Source of the DNA: Zygnema circumcarinatum SAG 698-1b
Taxonomy: Eukaryota > Plantae > Zygnematophyceae
Assembly: GCA_037447605.1 (NCBI GenBank)
Contig: CM074819.1
Span: forward strand, 744,001 to 808,000
Direction: 5' to 3'
Length of the DNA: 64,000 bases
Shown here: one piece after another, positions 12,201-23,646 of the stretch
Position numbering within the stretch: the stretch's first letter is position 1
How the letters are laid out: every line of letters begins with the position of its first letter
Notes under the pieces: model-generated
Told to the model about the DNA's origin: nothing
Database searches by the model: none
What the model saw: only the letters and a program-made list of their open reading frames with translations
Made by a program: the position numbers and the translations under genes

Positions 12201-13368
12201 AGTCACTTACTCAGAAGCATGGCCAGATGCTCAGTTTATGAGGGCCCATGTACTGCTTTTGTTCGGTGGTATGGGCCAAATTGAAAAGGCAAAAACTCTG
12301 GGTCAATGACACTTTCTGAATAAGAAAGGAATCGTTTTTCTTAACCAAATAGCTGATCCCATTCCTCAACATTGTGACTAAATGCACCTGTGGCGGTGGC
12401 CGTTTTGTTTGCTAGAAAAGTGCAGTGTGTTTCCCAATGTAGATTGGTGTACGTCTGTTGTTCTGGTCCTTTTCCATACTTTGGAGAATGGCCGGTGGTG
12501 CTGAGCAGGGTAGAAAGCTGGAGGGAAATTCTTCTTCATGTCCCGTCTCACTGGAAATACAGGACGCACAGGCATTGAATTTTGTGATCTTCAAATCAAA
12601 ATATGGCCCGAGAATACGACACTAATTTCTTTAGCATTTTTAAGGGTTTTGAGTTTTTTACTCGCTAGTGGTACTTCCCCGTGCTGCTTGCAAAAAAAGC
12701 ATTGTCCAATTACACGGTTTTGATGTCTCAGGGCTGCGCAGTTGGTTGGAGTTGTGGAACAGATTATGTGAGGCTTGGAAAGGTGATGTAACTCTCGTTC
12801 ATGTGTGGGGTGGCGTCTAAAGGATGGGATGCAGCTAAAGGTTAGGCAATGTAGCGGAGGTGTGTAAGACTGTAAATGGTTGCACCACTCGATGCGAGTG
12901 GAACTGGCCAACTCTCGTTGAACCAAGTGAGCTTTGGAATGGTAAACTGGCGCATCTAACCCCTTAATTTCGGGATGTGATTTTTGAATACGTGGACTCA
13001 GGCGCTTGAGGAGGTAATTTCATGGTTTCAAACATCAAATATTGTACTACTTTAATTAAAAAATCAAATGACCATGGGCCAATTGGAGCAACCATTAAAA
13101 ACTAGCAACTCCTACGCCTCCTGAGACCTTTAGTGGCGTTAAGGGGTGTCAGACTGACTAGTTGTTCGTAAGTTTGAGACCAAAACGAGTACTCCGGTGA
13201 AATCGCGGTTTTGCTGCAGCGGAGTACTTCCGAAACCTTCTTGTTCGTAAGATTTCGTATGTCTGACACCCCCTATTGTGAGTCTTGAACAGATGAGCCT
13301 TATGGTGAAGCCTAAATATACGGAACTGTTTATGTATGGTTGGGTTAACTCTGGGTCAAAGTGGATAC
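9260..13368 (-). mobile_element. Decayed L1-clade non-LTR retrotransposon, copy 2 (boundaries approximate)
   Basis: Minus-strand motifs in L1 order: ORF1 GPWSF (~13075), zinc-knuckle-like CFFCKQHG (~12690), APE endonuclease KITKFNA (~12590), LHWETH (~12440), GISYLVKK (~12350), RT GKSRSGPGG (~10560) and MFDF (~10050). Many stops and frameshifts. Confidence 0.7.
13143..13273. mobile_element. Small MITE-like element, PIF/Harbinger (Tourist)-like termini, inserted in the 5' part of L1 copy 2
   Basis: Terminal inverted repeat ggggtgtcagac...gtctgacacccc and an internal inverted gagtactccg/cggagtactt. TSD is imperfect (taa vs cta or tat). Confidence 0.5.
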
Positions 13369-13441
13369 GGTGTGTTGGCCCCTCTGGGAGGGTGTTTGCT
13401 CCAATGTGAGCAAGCGGCCGGGTTCAACTCCCGGGCACACG
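13369..13441 (+). ncRNA. tRNA-like cloverleaf, copy 2, followed by an A-rich tract
   Basis: GTGTGT/GCACAC acceptor stem, CCCT/AGGG D-like stem, GTTTGCTC-CAATGT-GAGCAAGC stem, CCGGG-TTCAACT-CCCGG T-arm. About 73% identical to 7369-7440. Confidence 0.6.
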
Positions 13442-14206
13442 TCAGAAATTGAACTAAAGAAAAATGTGAAAAATATTAAGTTAAAGTAAAGATAAGAAAC
13501 GAAATAGAATGCGCTGTGCTGCGACTACTGCCCATGGATAATCCTCTGTCTGTGTTTTTGCAGCAATATTTTTCATATGCTGGGATGAAATTCACATTGG
13601 AGGGTTCACCTTCAGCACACTCGATAATGCTTTCTTTAAGAAGGGCTGCAGAGTTTGAATGCCCACATGTGTTTTTTTTTGTTTTTCTTGGCCTGTACTT
13701 ACACGGGTCAAATGAGAACATGAGATGTGACCAGACACTCAGAACAAGCATTCCATGTCACACCTCTCCAGTCCTGTCTCTCCATGCGAAAGTGTGAAAG
13801 TAGAACCGCATTCTCACTAAATGGAAGTTCCTTATATTTTCCTTTGCAATACAGATTTCGTATCAGACGCATATTTTCCTAAACCCTAAGGTTTAGTGCA
13901 ATTTCTTTCTACTGCAATTCTGAATACTAATACCACATTTGAGCAGCATATTTCTCAAGATATAAACGCTAAGCCCATATTTGTCCGCTCTACAATCAAA
14001 ATCACTTGTAACGTGACATGAAAGAACGTGACGTGACGTGCCAATGCCGCTGCCAATGTACACCGCCTGCATCGCTGTGATGTCTAATTCCTCCTCTATT
14101 CAAATCCGAACCCCCGAAAATAATGAAGGCGAAGTCTGGAAACTTTTACAGAACAAGAAAAAGTTGACAAAGTATGTCGCAATCGCAACATCCCCTGAGT
14201 ATGTTG

Positions 14207-14624
14207 TCACGAGTGCGACATCACTGGCGACGCCTTCCTTACATCATCATCAGAGGGAGAGGCTCTCCTCCAGTCCGTTACCTTTTTTAGGGTTTCCAGA
14301 GACGTTCCGAGCGCCCCTTTGAGCCACTCTGGGAGGCTCTTCCTCTTCATATCCTCCGGCTGACTGAACCCGCGCGTCGAGTTGAGGCACACCAGAAGAG
14401 TGCCCCCCTCATGCAGGAGGACCTGCAGCCCATACACTGACCCGAGTCAATCTCACAAAAACTGAAAAAATTAAAAACCGAAAACAGATTCATAGTTCGA
14501 AATGGAGATGAGGGGATTGGGTGACAATGGCTTGCAAGCAGTTTATTGAATGAGCTCATGGAGGCTTTTTCTCTCTTTCACAGACTCAGATACATGCCAA
14601 CACTCCCATACACACTCCCCACCC

Positions 14625-14657
<33 letters not shown>

Positions 14658-14786
14658 CCCTACATATGCTCCACACGCTCACATGCCCCCGTTCTCTCTC
14701 CTGCTCCCTCAATATGTTCTCAGAAGCAGTGGCACGTACGGCTCTTTCTACTCTGTCGGTCTCTCGCTCTCTTTTCCCCTTCCTCC

Positions 14787-14844
<58 letters not shown>

Positions 14845-17800
14845 AGAGGGCCTTACCGTGATCCAAAGAGGAAGAAATCCCAATACCGAAGCTGTCCCTG
14901 CCAGAAAGGCACAACCAAGAGCCAAAAAAACACTCTGCTTCACCTGCAAAAAAAAAAGAAAAACCCCAGGAAGATATTATCCACATCAAACCTCATGAAA
15001 CAGAAAGCAACAGGAACCACCTCATCCAGGCTATTCAACGTCAAAGTCTCCAGCTTAAAAATACTAGTTATAACACTTCTTGGGCAGTACCAACAAACTA
15101 ACATACTATCGCAGCCTGAACCCAACCATGGTTTCTCCAACAGTTACACATATCCACCCCGGAAAGGTGCACATATCAACCCCCAAAAAGCCCATACCCG
15201 AACCCCAAACAAACTCCACACAATCATCCGAAAAAGAAGCCTGCAACCAACCATGTTTCCCCTAACAAGCCCCACATATTTACCCCCAAATTCTGCCCAT
15301 GCTTATCCCTACAAGCTCCGAAAAACCACCCCCATCCTCTGTTGTGTCCTCACCAGAGCCGTTGTCTGCCTCGCCTTCGCGATGACAAAGGGCACACCCT
15401 CCAGGCTGCTCTGCAGTAGGAGCACGTCCGCTGCGGCCACAGCTGTGGCGCTAGCCCTCTCCGCCAGGACTACGCCCACAGTCGCAGCGGCTAAAGCAGG
15501 GGCGTCGTTGATGCCGTCTCCCACCATGATCAGACCCCCACTACCACTCTCTCCTGCGTAGAGGAATAACCCCCAAAGACAAATTCGTTCGCGAGCAGTT
15601 TATGAATCAGAAAAGTAGACGATTGCCCTTTTGGAGAAAGAAAGTGGAAAGGTTCACAAGTTGACGGGCACTTTTCCCGACTGGAAAATGCCCTAAAACA
15701 TCTCCAATTTTCTATGTATCTTCCCCCCCCCCCCTCCCCCCCATCGCCCACATGCTATTGTCCTTGCCCAACACCATCCCATCACTCACACATGCTGACG
15801 TCACCTTCCAACACCATCCCACAACGAAATACCCTGCTGCTGACATCATTATGCCGACACCATTCTATCGCTCACACGACAAACCGGTGACGTCACCATG
15901 CTGACGTCAGGAAAACCGTCCTTACTTGCTTCATCCGCCAACCGGCGAACATGTCTGAGTTTATCCGCCGGTTTAAGCCCCGAATAGACTTCCGTTATCC
16001 CTACCGCTGCTCCCACTTTTCTAGCAGAGACTGAATGGTCTCCAGTGAGCATAAGGAGACGGAGCCCTCCCTTCTGTTGGAGCTGCTCTACCACTCCCTC
16101 CACTCCATCTCTCAGCTCATCTTCAAAGTGGAAGAGAGTCACCTGCATGCATGCAAGAGGCGAGAGCAGTTTTCTTGAAAATTAAGGGTTGTTTAATGGG
16201 TGCATGCTGCACCGAGGCTTGAAGGCAAGAAGTCGGCTGAAAAAAGTCAAAGTATTGAGGGGGAAAGAAGGGGGAAAGGTGGGTTAGGTGAGGGAAATGA
16301 ATGTGTGAAACGTGAAGCACTGAAGGACAACCTCAAGTTACAGTATCGGAACTCGAACATCAGATTCTTCTAACGAACAGCGACTTAACATACATGTCCA
16401 TAAAGACATAATAGAAAGGGTTTGATATCGTTGAGTCGTCAAATTGAAAAGGATAAATAATCACTCACAACGAATTGGAGAATTTTTTCATGGCGTGTAA
16501 TTCCCTATCTTGGATTCAATACGCAAAATCGAACAACACACAAACACCTTGCATAAAAAACTGAGCTACATCAAAGCTACATCTTGTTGTATGTTTCATA
16601 TTCTTCTCTTTTCACACTTTGCAGTTTGTGAACCCCAGAAAGGACCCACCTTCTCCTCCACTGCGAGAGCGGCGAGAACGAGCTCTTTGCTGGTGAGGGC
16701 GGAGGAGGCTGCCTCGTGGATGCGACGTGACTCCTCTCCCGCAAGGGAGGCTTCGGAGATATACTCTATGGAGCCAATGCGGGCAGACTGTGGGCCACGC
16801 TTCAGCCCTCCTCTCTGCGGGAGGGAGAGAGGGAGAGAGAGAGAGAGGGAGAGAGGGAGAGAGGGAGAGAGGGAGAGAGGGAGAGGGAGAGAGGGAGAGA
16901 GGGAGAGAGGGAGAGAGGGAGAGAGGGAGAGAGAGATAGAGGGAGGGGAAGGAAAGGGGAAGGGGGAGAGTGAAAGGGAAAGGAAAGGGGATGGCGGGAG
17001 TGTGAGAGAGGAGTTGGAAGGGGATGGGGAACAGTGAGAGAACATATGGATGGGGAACATATCCTCGTATCTTTTCCCCTCATGATCCTCTTCAGTTCCA
17101 CAAGAACAAACGTCCACTATATTTTGAGCTTGTAGAGATCACTTTTTTCTTCAACTTTTTATTACACAAAAGGGCCTTCTAAAGAATACTAAACAATCGC
17201 AAAAGCCTGATTTTTCACCCACCGAAATTGTGGTAACATCCGCAGTCAAGCCCTGCCCTGGAACAGCTCTCCAGTTCTCCACACTGACAGCTGGCAGTGT
17301 ACGGCCCTCCGTTGCCACCAACACGGCTCTGAGGAGGGACAGAGAGGGAGAAAGAGGGAGCGAGAAAAAGGGGAAGGGGAGGAACAGAGAGAGGGAGAGT
17401 GAGGGGGCGAGAGCGAGAGTGAGGGGACGAGAGAGACGGAAAGAGGGTAAACAGAGTGGGGAGGTAGACAAAGAAAGGAGCATGGTTATTCCTAACCTTG
17501 CAATAGGGTGGGGAGGGAGACAAAGAAAGGAGCATGGTTATTCCTAACCTTGCAATAGGGTGGGGAGGGAGACAAAGAAAGGAGCATGGTTATTCCTAAC
17601 CTTGCAATAGGATGTGTTGCTGCTTGCTCGATTGCAGCCGCCACCGCCAAAGCTTCCTCTACACATCCTGGACTGCAGCATGTGACCTTCGACGCTGTTC
17701 CGTTGCCCTCTACTGTTACGGCCGTCAGCGGCCAGTCCTTCCGTTCCATTACAGTTGCGTCGTGTCCATGGAGCGGTTCTATGCTCTTGCAGACCAGTTC

Positions 17801-20800
17801 GCCAGTTGTAAGGGTTCCGGTCTTGTCAAAGGCCACAGTTGTGCACACGGAGAGGGCGTCCAAAGCTTGGCCACCCTTCAGGAGAATGCCCTGCAAGGGG
17901 GAGAGGGAGGGTGAGGGAGGGTGAGAGGGAGGAGAGAGGGTTGAGGGAGAGAAAAGGAAGGGAGGGGGGGAAGGGAAGGAAAGGGAAGGGGCGGTGTGGG
18001 AGTGGAGAGTGGGGATAAGGGGGAGGATAGGAAGAGAGGGGCCGCCCTTCAGGAGGATGCCCTGCAGGGGGGAGAGGGAGGGGGGAGGGAGGAGAGAGTG
18101 TTGAGGGAGAGAAAAGGAAGGGAGGGGGGGAAGGGAAGGAAAGGGAAGGGGCGGTGTCGGAGTGGAGAGTGGGGATAAGGGGGGGAGGATAGGAAGAGAG
18201 GGGCCGCCCTTCAGGAGGATGCCCTGCAGGGGGGAGAGGGAGGGGGGAGGGAGGAGAGAGTGTTGAGGGAGAGAAAAGGAAGGGAGGGGGGGAAGGGAAG
18301 GAAAGGGAAGGGGCGGTGTCGGAGTGGAGAGTGGGGATAAGGGGGGGAGGATAGGAAGAGAGGGGCCGCCCTTCAGGAGGATGCCCTGCAGGAGGTAGAG
18401 GATGAAGGAGGAAAGAGAGAGATGGAGGAGGGAGCAGGAAGGGAAGGAGAATGGGGGAAGGGGCGGACGTGGCAGTGGAGAGAGGGGACAGAAGGGGAGG
18501 GAAAGGAGTGGGAAAGGGGGAAAAGGGGAAGCTTCGGTGGAGAGAAGGAGGGGAGGAGAGGAAAGGGGGAGGAGGGATAGGAGGAGAGGGAACGAAGGAA
18601 AGGGGGAAGGGTGGAAAGGAGGGCAGGAACGGAGAGCAGAATGTGACGGATCACCTTCCGAGTGCATGCACTGATGGCTGTTGCATAGGCCAATGGGGCT
18701 ACAGCGAGAGCACATGGAGAGGCCGCCACCATCAGTCCCAATGCACGGTAAACGGAACCCCGAACAGCTGCACAGAAACAGGGTGAGGTCAGTATCCAAA
18801 CCTAGCCACCTTCAGCACCTAAAAGTGGAGGCCTTGCACATAATCTTGATGAAGCAAGAATACAAATTCTAAAAAAGCAAAATCCATGAACCCTAAACCC
18901 TAAAGCACTGCAGCCTGACCGATGAAGCCTCTTGCCCAGCAACGTCCACCATTGTCAGTGCTGCTAGTTGGAGTCTAACCTATCCAGTAAAGGGAAAGCG
19001 AGGAGAAAGCATGAAAGGTTTCCAAAGGAGCCCCCTTTCAAGTAGTTTCAACTCACTTGCAGTGCTCATGAATGGCCACTTGAAGAGCAGAGGTCCAAGC
19101 AGCGCTACAGCCAGCGATGCGAGCACCACTGCCTGGCTGTAGCGCTCCCCGAACTGGTTCAGCCACCGCTGTAGTTTGGGCCGGTTCAGCTGCGCATCTT
19201 TTGTCAGCTGCATGATGCGAGCAACCGTCGAATCCTCCCATTTCTTGGTAGCCTGCAGGCATGGAAGTTCATTTGTATGGAATTCTTGATGTCTAGAATT
19301 GTAGGGGTATTAGCTATTAGGTGTTAGCTATTTTAGGTTTGGAGAGTTAGGGTTAAGGATTTCCAGATATTCATGGGTTTTAAGACGTTCTCAACCTTGC
19401 AAGGTATATCGTGCATACAAATCTTTTGGAGATTAGGGTTCCCTATGCGACAAGTCTAAGCAGAGAGGATGATTAAACCGAAAGGAAGGTGGAACTTCGC
19501 GTGACTTGACCTGTTATCTCATACCTCCCTCTCCTCGCCTTCTCTTGTGGTCACCCATTTTTCCTTCAGAAAGACCTAATCTAGAACCATGGAAAAGGAA
19601 TTAATCTGAGAATGTTCAGAGAATTGATTTACCTTAATTATGAGCAGACCATCCAGACTGCGGGCCCCACCCGGTACATTGTCTCCCGGCTGTAAATTTT
19701 GTGGTTTGGCCTCTCCAGTCAAATGCTCTGTTGTTACCATCACTCGTCCATGCCACACTACTCCGTCCACAGGGACAGCCTGCATGACAAATCCTAAACC
19801 TTTCTAAATTTAGGGTTTCCGCATTGGAGAGAACTCTGGATCAAGATTCGAGCAAACGAAAAAAAGTCGGAACTCTGACAGGTCGCGAGTTTTATGTCTT
19901 AATGTTAAATTTCTGAAATCCTCAAAACACGCAAAATTGAGGACCTCTTCCCCTTCCTAATCCCTTACGCCTCAAATGAAATTCACGAGAGTCGAACGGA
20001 CGGACCAATTGAGTGCAAAGTTGAATTATGAAAGATTTGAATGGAAACAGCCTCGCCTCTCACCTCACCCTGGCGGACGAGAAAGAGCATCCCCTCTCTA
20101 ATCTCCGCAACAGGAAGCTCGTCATAAGTTAGGGCTGACATCAGCGGAGGTGAATCGCGGTCGAAGGGTTCAACCATGAGGGCGTTGCCGGGATTGCTTT
20201 CACGGAGGCTCTCCACGTCCCCCATAGCCTTGCGGGTAAAATGCTCCTCGGCTGCAAACAGCGGGAGAGAGAGATGAGGGAAAGGGAGGGAGGAGAGGGA
20301 GAGGGAGAGGGAGAGGAGAGGGAGGGAGAGGGGCAGGAGAGGGAGGAGAGGGAGAGGGAGAGGGAGAGGGAGAGGGAGAGGGAGAGGGAGAGGGAGAGGG
20401 AGAGGGAGAGGGAGAGGGAGAGGGAGATGGAGAGGAGCGGGAGAGGAGAGGGAGCGGGAGCGGGAGGGAGAGGGAGCGGGAGGAGGAGCCGGGAGCGAGA
20501 GGGAGAGGGAGCCGGGAGAGGGAGAGGGAGAGGGAGGAGAGGGAGAGGAGAGGGAGAGGGAGAGGGAGGGAGAGGGAGAGGGAGAGGGAGAGGAGAGGAG
20601 AGGGAGAGGGAGAGGGAGAGGAGAGGGAGAGGGAGAGGGAGAGGAGAGGGAGAGGGAGAGGAGGGGGGGAGGGAGAGGAGAGGGAGAGGGAGAGAGGGAG
20701 AGGGAGAGGGAGAGGGAGAGGGAGAGGGAGAGGGAGAGGGAGAGGGAGAGGGAGAGGGAGAGGGAGAGGGAGAGGAGTAGTGGAGAGGGAGAGGGGAGAG

Positions 20801-23238
20801 GGAGAGGGAGAGGAGAGGAGAGGGAGAGGGAGAGGGAGAGGGAGGGAGGAGGAGAGGAGAGGGAGAGGAGAGGGAGAGGAGAGGGAGAGGGAGAGGGAGA
20901 GGGAGAGGGAGAGGGAGAGGAGAGGGAGAGGGAGAGGGAGGGAGAGCAGAGTGGCAGGGAGGAGTGGAGAGGGAGAGGGAAAGAGGAGAGGGAGGAGAGG
21001 AGAGGAGAGGGAGAGGAGAGGGAGAGGGAGGCAGGAGAGGGAGAGGAGAGGAGAGAGGAGTGAGCAGGGAGAGGGAGAGGAGAGGAGAGGGAGGGAGAGG
21101 GAGAGGAGGAGGGAGGAGGGAGAGGGAGAGGGAGAGGAGGGGAGAGGGAGAGGAGAGGAAGAGGAGAGGGAGAGTGAGGAGGAGCAGGGAGAGGGAGAGG
21201 GAGAGGAGAGGGAGAGGGAGAGGGAGGAGGGAGTGGTGAAGAGGGAGGCAGGAGAGGGAGAGGGAGAGGGAGAGGGAGAGGGAGAGGGAGGAGGGAGAGG
21301 GAGAGGAGAGGGAGAGGGAGAGGGAGAGGGAGAGGGAGAGGGAGAGGGAGAGGGAGAGTGGAGAGGGAGAGGAGGAGGGAGAGGGAGAGGGAGAGGGAGA
21401 GGAGAGGGAGAGGGAGAGGGTGAGTGGAGGAGGAGCAGGGAGAGGGAGGGAGAGGGAGAGGGAGAGGGAGAGGGAGAGGGAGAGGGAGAGGGAGAGGGAG
21501 AGGGAGAGGGTGAGGGAGAGGGAGAGGGAGAGGAGAGGGAGAGGGAGAGGGAGAGGGAGAGGAGAGGGAGGAGGGAGAGGGAGAGGGAGGGAGAGGGAGA
21601 GGGAGAGGGAGAGGAGAGGGAGAGGAGAGGGAGAGGGAGAGGAGAGGGAGAGGGAGAGGGAGAGTAAATGGCTCTTGCATTTCTATCGAAGATGTTGCAC
21701 CAAAGTAATACATCAATACCTTGAACAGTACGCTACAGCTATTAATAAAAATTTGTCAATGGCGACAAGTGGAGAGGGCGAATAGAAGAATTTGAACTTT
21801 ACTCACCCACGTGGGACAAACTGAACATCGCCAATAGAAGTGCTCCTTCTAAAGCTGTGCCCATAAAGATGGAAGCGAAGGCAGCCAGGGCCATGAGGAC
21901 ATGAATATTCACATTTCCACCCCCAATATCCAATGAGGCATCCAACAAAGCCGGGACCTGGTTACAAAAAAAGGCGAAGAAGAGGATATAAATATTTCTT
22001 TGGGAGGAAAAGCCTAAATTTATATGAGAAGCGGTTAATATGGGATGAAAACGGTAGTATTTTTAGGAGAACAAACGGTCAATGGTGTAAGCTCTCAAAA
22101 AGGTGAAAGATTTATTTAGCAAACAACACATTGGTTGAATTTTTGAAACTGAAGTCTCCAGTCAACTTGTGAAAAATATATTTTCTAAATACACCAACCC
22201 ATTGTAGATATTAAAAAAAGAAAAAAAGATGAAAGATGTCATGAAACTCACCCCGGTCAAGGTGAAAGCCAGCGAGACAAAAACGCTCTGCAGCACTGAG
22301 CCAACTTTATGCGCCAAAAGCATCGGCGTGATAAAGGCAGCAACGCAGAGGCCCAGCGAGGTCAAGGCCATGGGAACGTTGTCGCGAAGAACGTCTGCAA
22401 GCTTCGTCAACTGCAACACTCGCGCTACGAACAAAATGCTGCGCTGAAAAGGGTTCAGAGATGCGGCATCTGATGCATGCACATGGCCATGCGTGTCGCA
22501 GCAGCTATCATGTGCATGGTTATGATGTTTATGGTCATCTGCATGTGAATGGGAATGCGAATGCCCATGTGAATGTGCATGAGAGTGTGAATGTGAATGT
22601 GAATGTGAATTTGAAGTTGATTGTACATGTCCATGCGCATGGTGATCATGATGGTCATGGTGATGGTGGTGATCATGATGGTCATGGTCATGGCTATGCT
22701 GACGACTCCCTGTTTGATGATGATGTTCATGGTGGTCATGGTCATGCTCATGATGATGGTGATCATGACCATCGCTATGCAAAGATGCATGCTCATGCTC
22801 ATGCCCATGCGCATGCCCATGTTCAGAATGCACATGCGGCTTGGAAGTGATATTGGAACTGTTTGATGAACTATCGCTACAATCCGCACAGCTTCCAGCG
22901 CCGTCTGCAGCAGCAGCTGCTACAGGGAGAGCCCTTCTGCCACTGCTATTTGGTGACCTGCCCTGCAGCCTGCTATTCAGCAGGAACTCCCTCCTGCAGG
23001 AGACAGAAAGCTTCACATTTCCTCCTACTCGCCGAGATCGCGGCCCAAGAAAGGGAGTCACTTTGCTGGAAATTGAAGAAATTGTTCCAACTGGCGCAAG
23101 CAAGCGCACAGGAAATGCCGCTCCTGCTCTCGCAGCTGCATGTCGAGGGAATCTGTATCTGTCATCAATATCACCTGCACGGTCGGTATAGGATTGGCAG
23201 CAGCCGCTGCAGAAACTGACTGCGCTTGCAGCTGCCAT
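14207..23238 (-). CDS. HMA1: Chloroplast-type heavy-metal P1B-4 ATPase HMA1, 13 exons
   Basis: Exons 22252-23238, 21807-21957, 20064-20251, 19633-19779, 19057-19252, 18655-18767, 17601-17890, 17223-17328, 16650-16814, 15926-16142, 15354-15553, 14857-14943, 14207-14422 join in phase with GT-AG. Motifs: His-rich N-terminus, [30 protein letters not shown]. The extreme 3' end could involve one more small intron (donor near 14280). Confidence 0.93.
20270..21665. repeat. ~1.4-kb (GAGAGG)n low-complexity tract in HMA1 intron 2
   Basis: Almost pure A/G hexamer repeat ending next to the exon 3 acceptor. Confidence 0.95.
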
Positions 23239-23593
23239 TTCTGAGCTCCAAAAATAGGTAAAAATGGTGAAAAGAAGCAAAAAATCTTCCAAAGATGTTG
23301 TCACTTCAGCTTAAAAGAATCCAACCAAGAGACTGCCAAAGAGTCAGCAGGCATCGACCAGCCTCCTGCAATGTCCCCTACTTCATAAACTCAAAACTTT
23401 ATCCTCATGCTCATCTTCCTCTTCCAAACCAAACCTGTGATCTTCCAAACCCTACAGTTTCATAGTCCTCACTGCAGCCATCATCCAATGCTGCACACCT
23501 TCATCACAGGAAACCTGCAACCCTAATCTTGATCACTCCCAGTGGAAAAATTACAAATTTGTATAAAAACCCTTCTTCTATAGTCCAGCAACA

Positions 23594-23646
23594 CTAATCG
23601 AGACCTGCCACGTGAACATCTTGTTAACGTGACGTGTCCCTATTGG
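23594..23646. promoter_or_regulatory. Degenerate inverted ERSE-like pair upstream of HMA1
   Basis: CTAATcgagacctgCCACG at 23594-23612, a 15-nt spacer, then CGTGAcgtgtccctATTGG at 23628-23646; about 360-410 bp upstream of the ATG. Confidence 0.5.

Noticed and set aside
19983-21785. 577-aa Pro/Leu/Ser ORF and antisense Glu/Gly/Arg ORFs
   Set aside because: Stop-free translations of the (GAGAGG)n intron tract; only the HMA1 exon 3 part is real. The same applies to low-complexity ORFs at 33045-34146, 37545-38036, 50382-50858 and 53666-54230.
22455-22889. Met/Ile-rich and Val/Met-rich ORFs overlapping HMA1 exon 1
   Set aside because: Alternative-frame shadows of the CAT/CAC His codon repeats.
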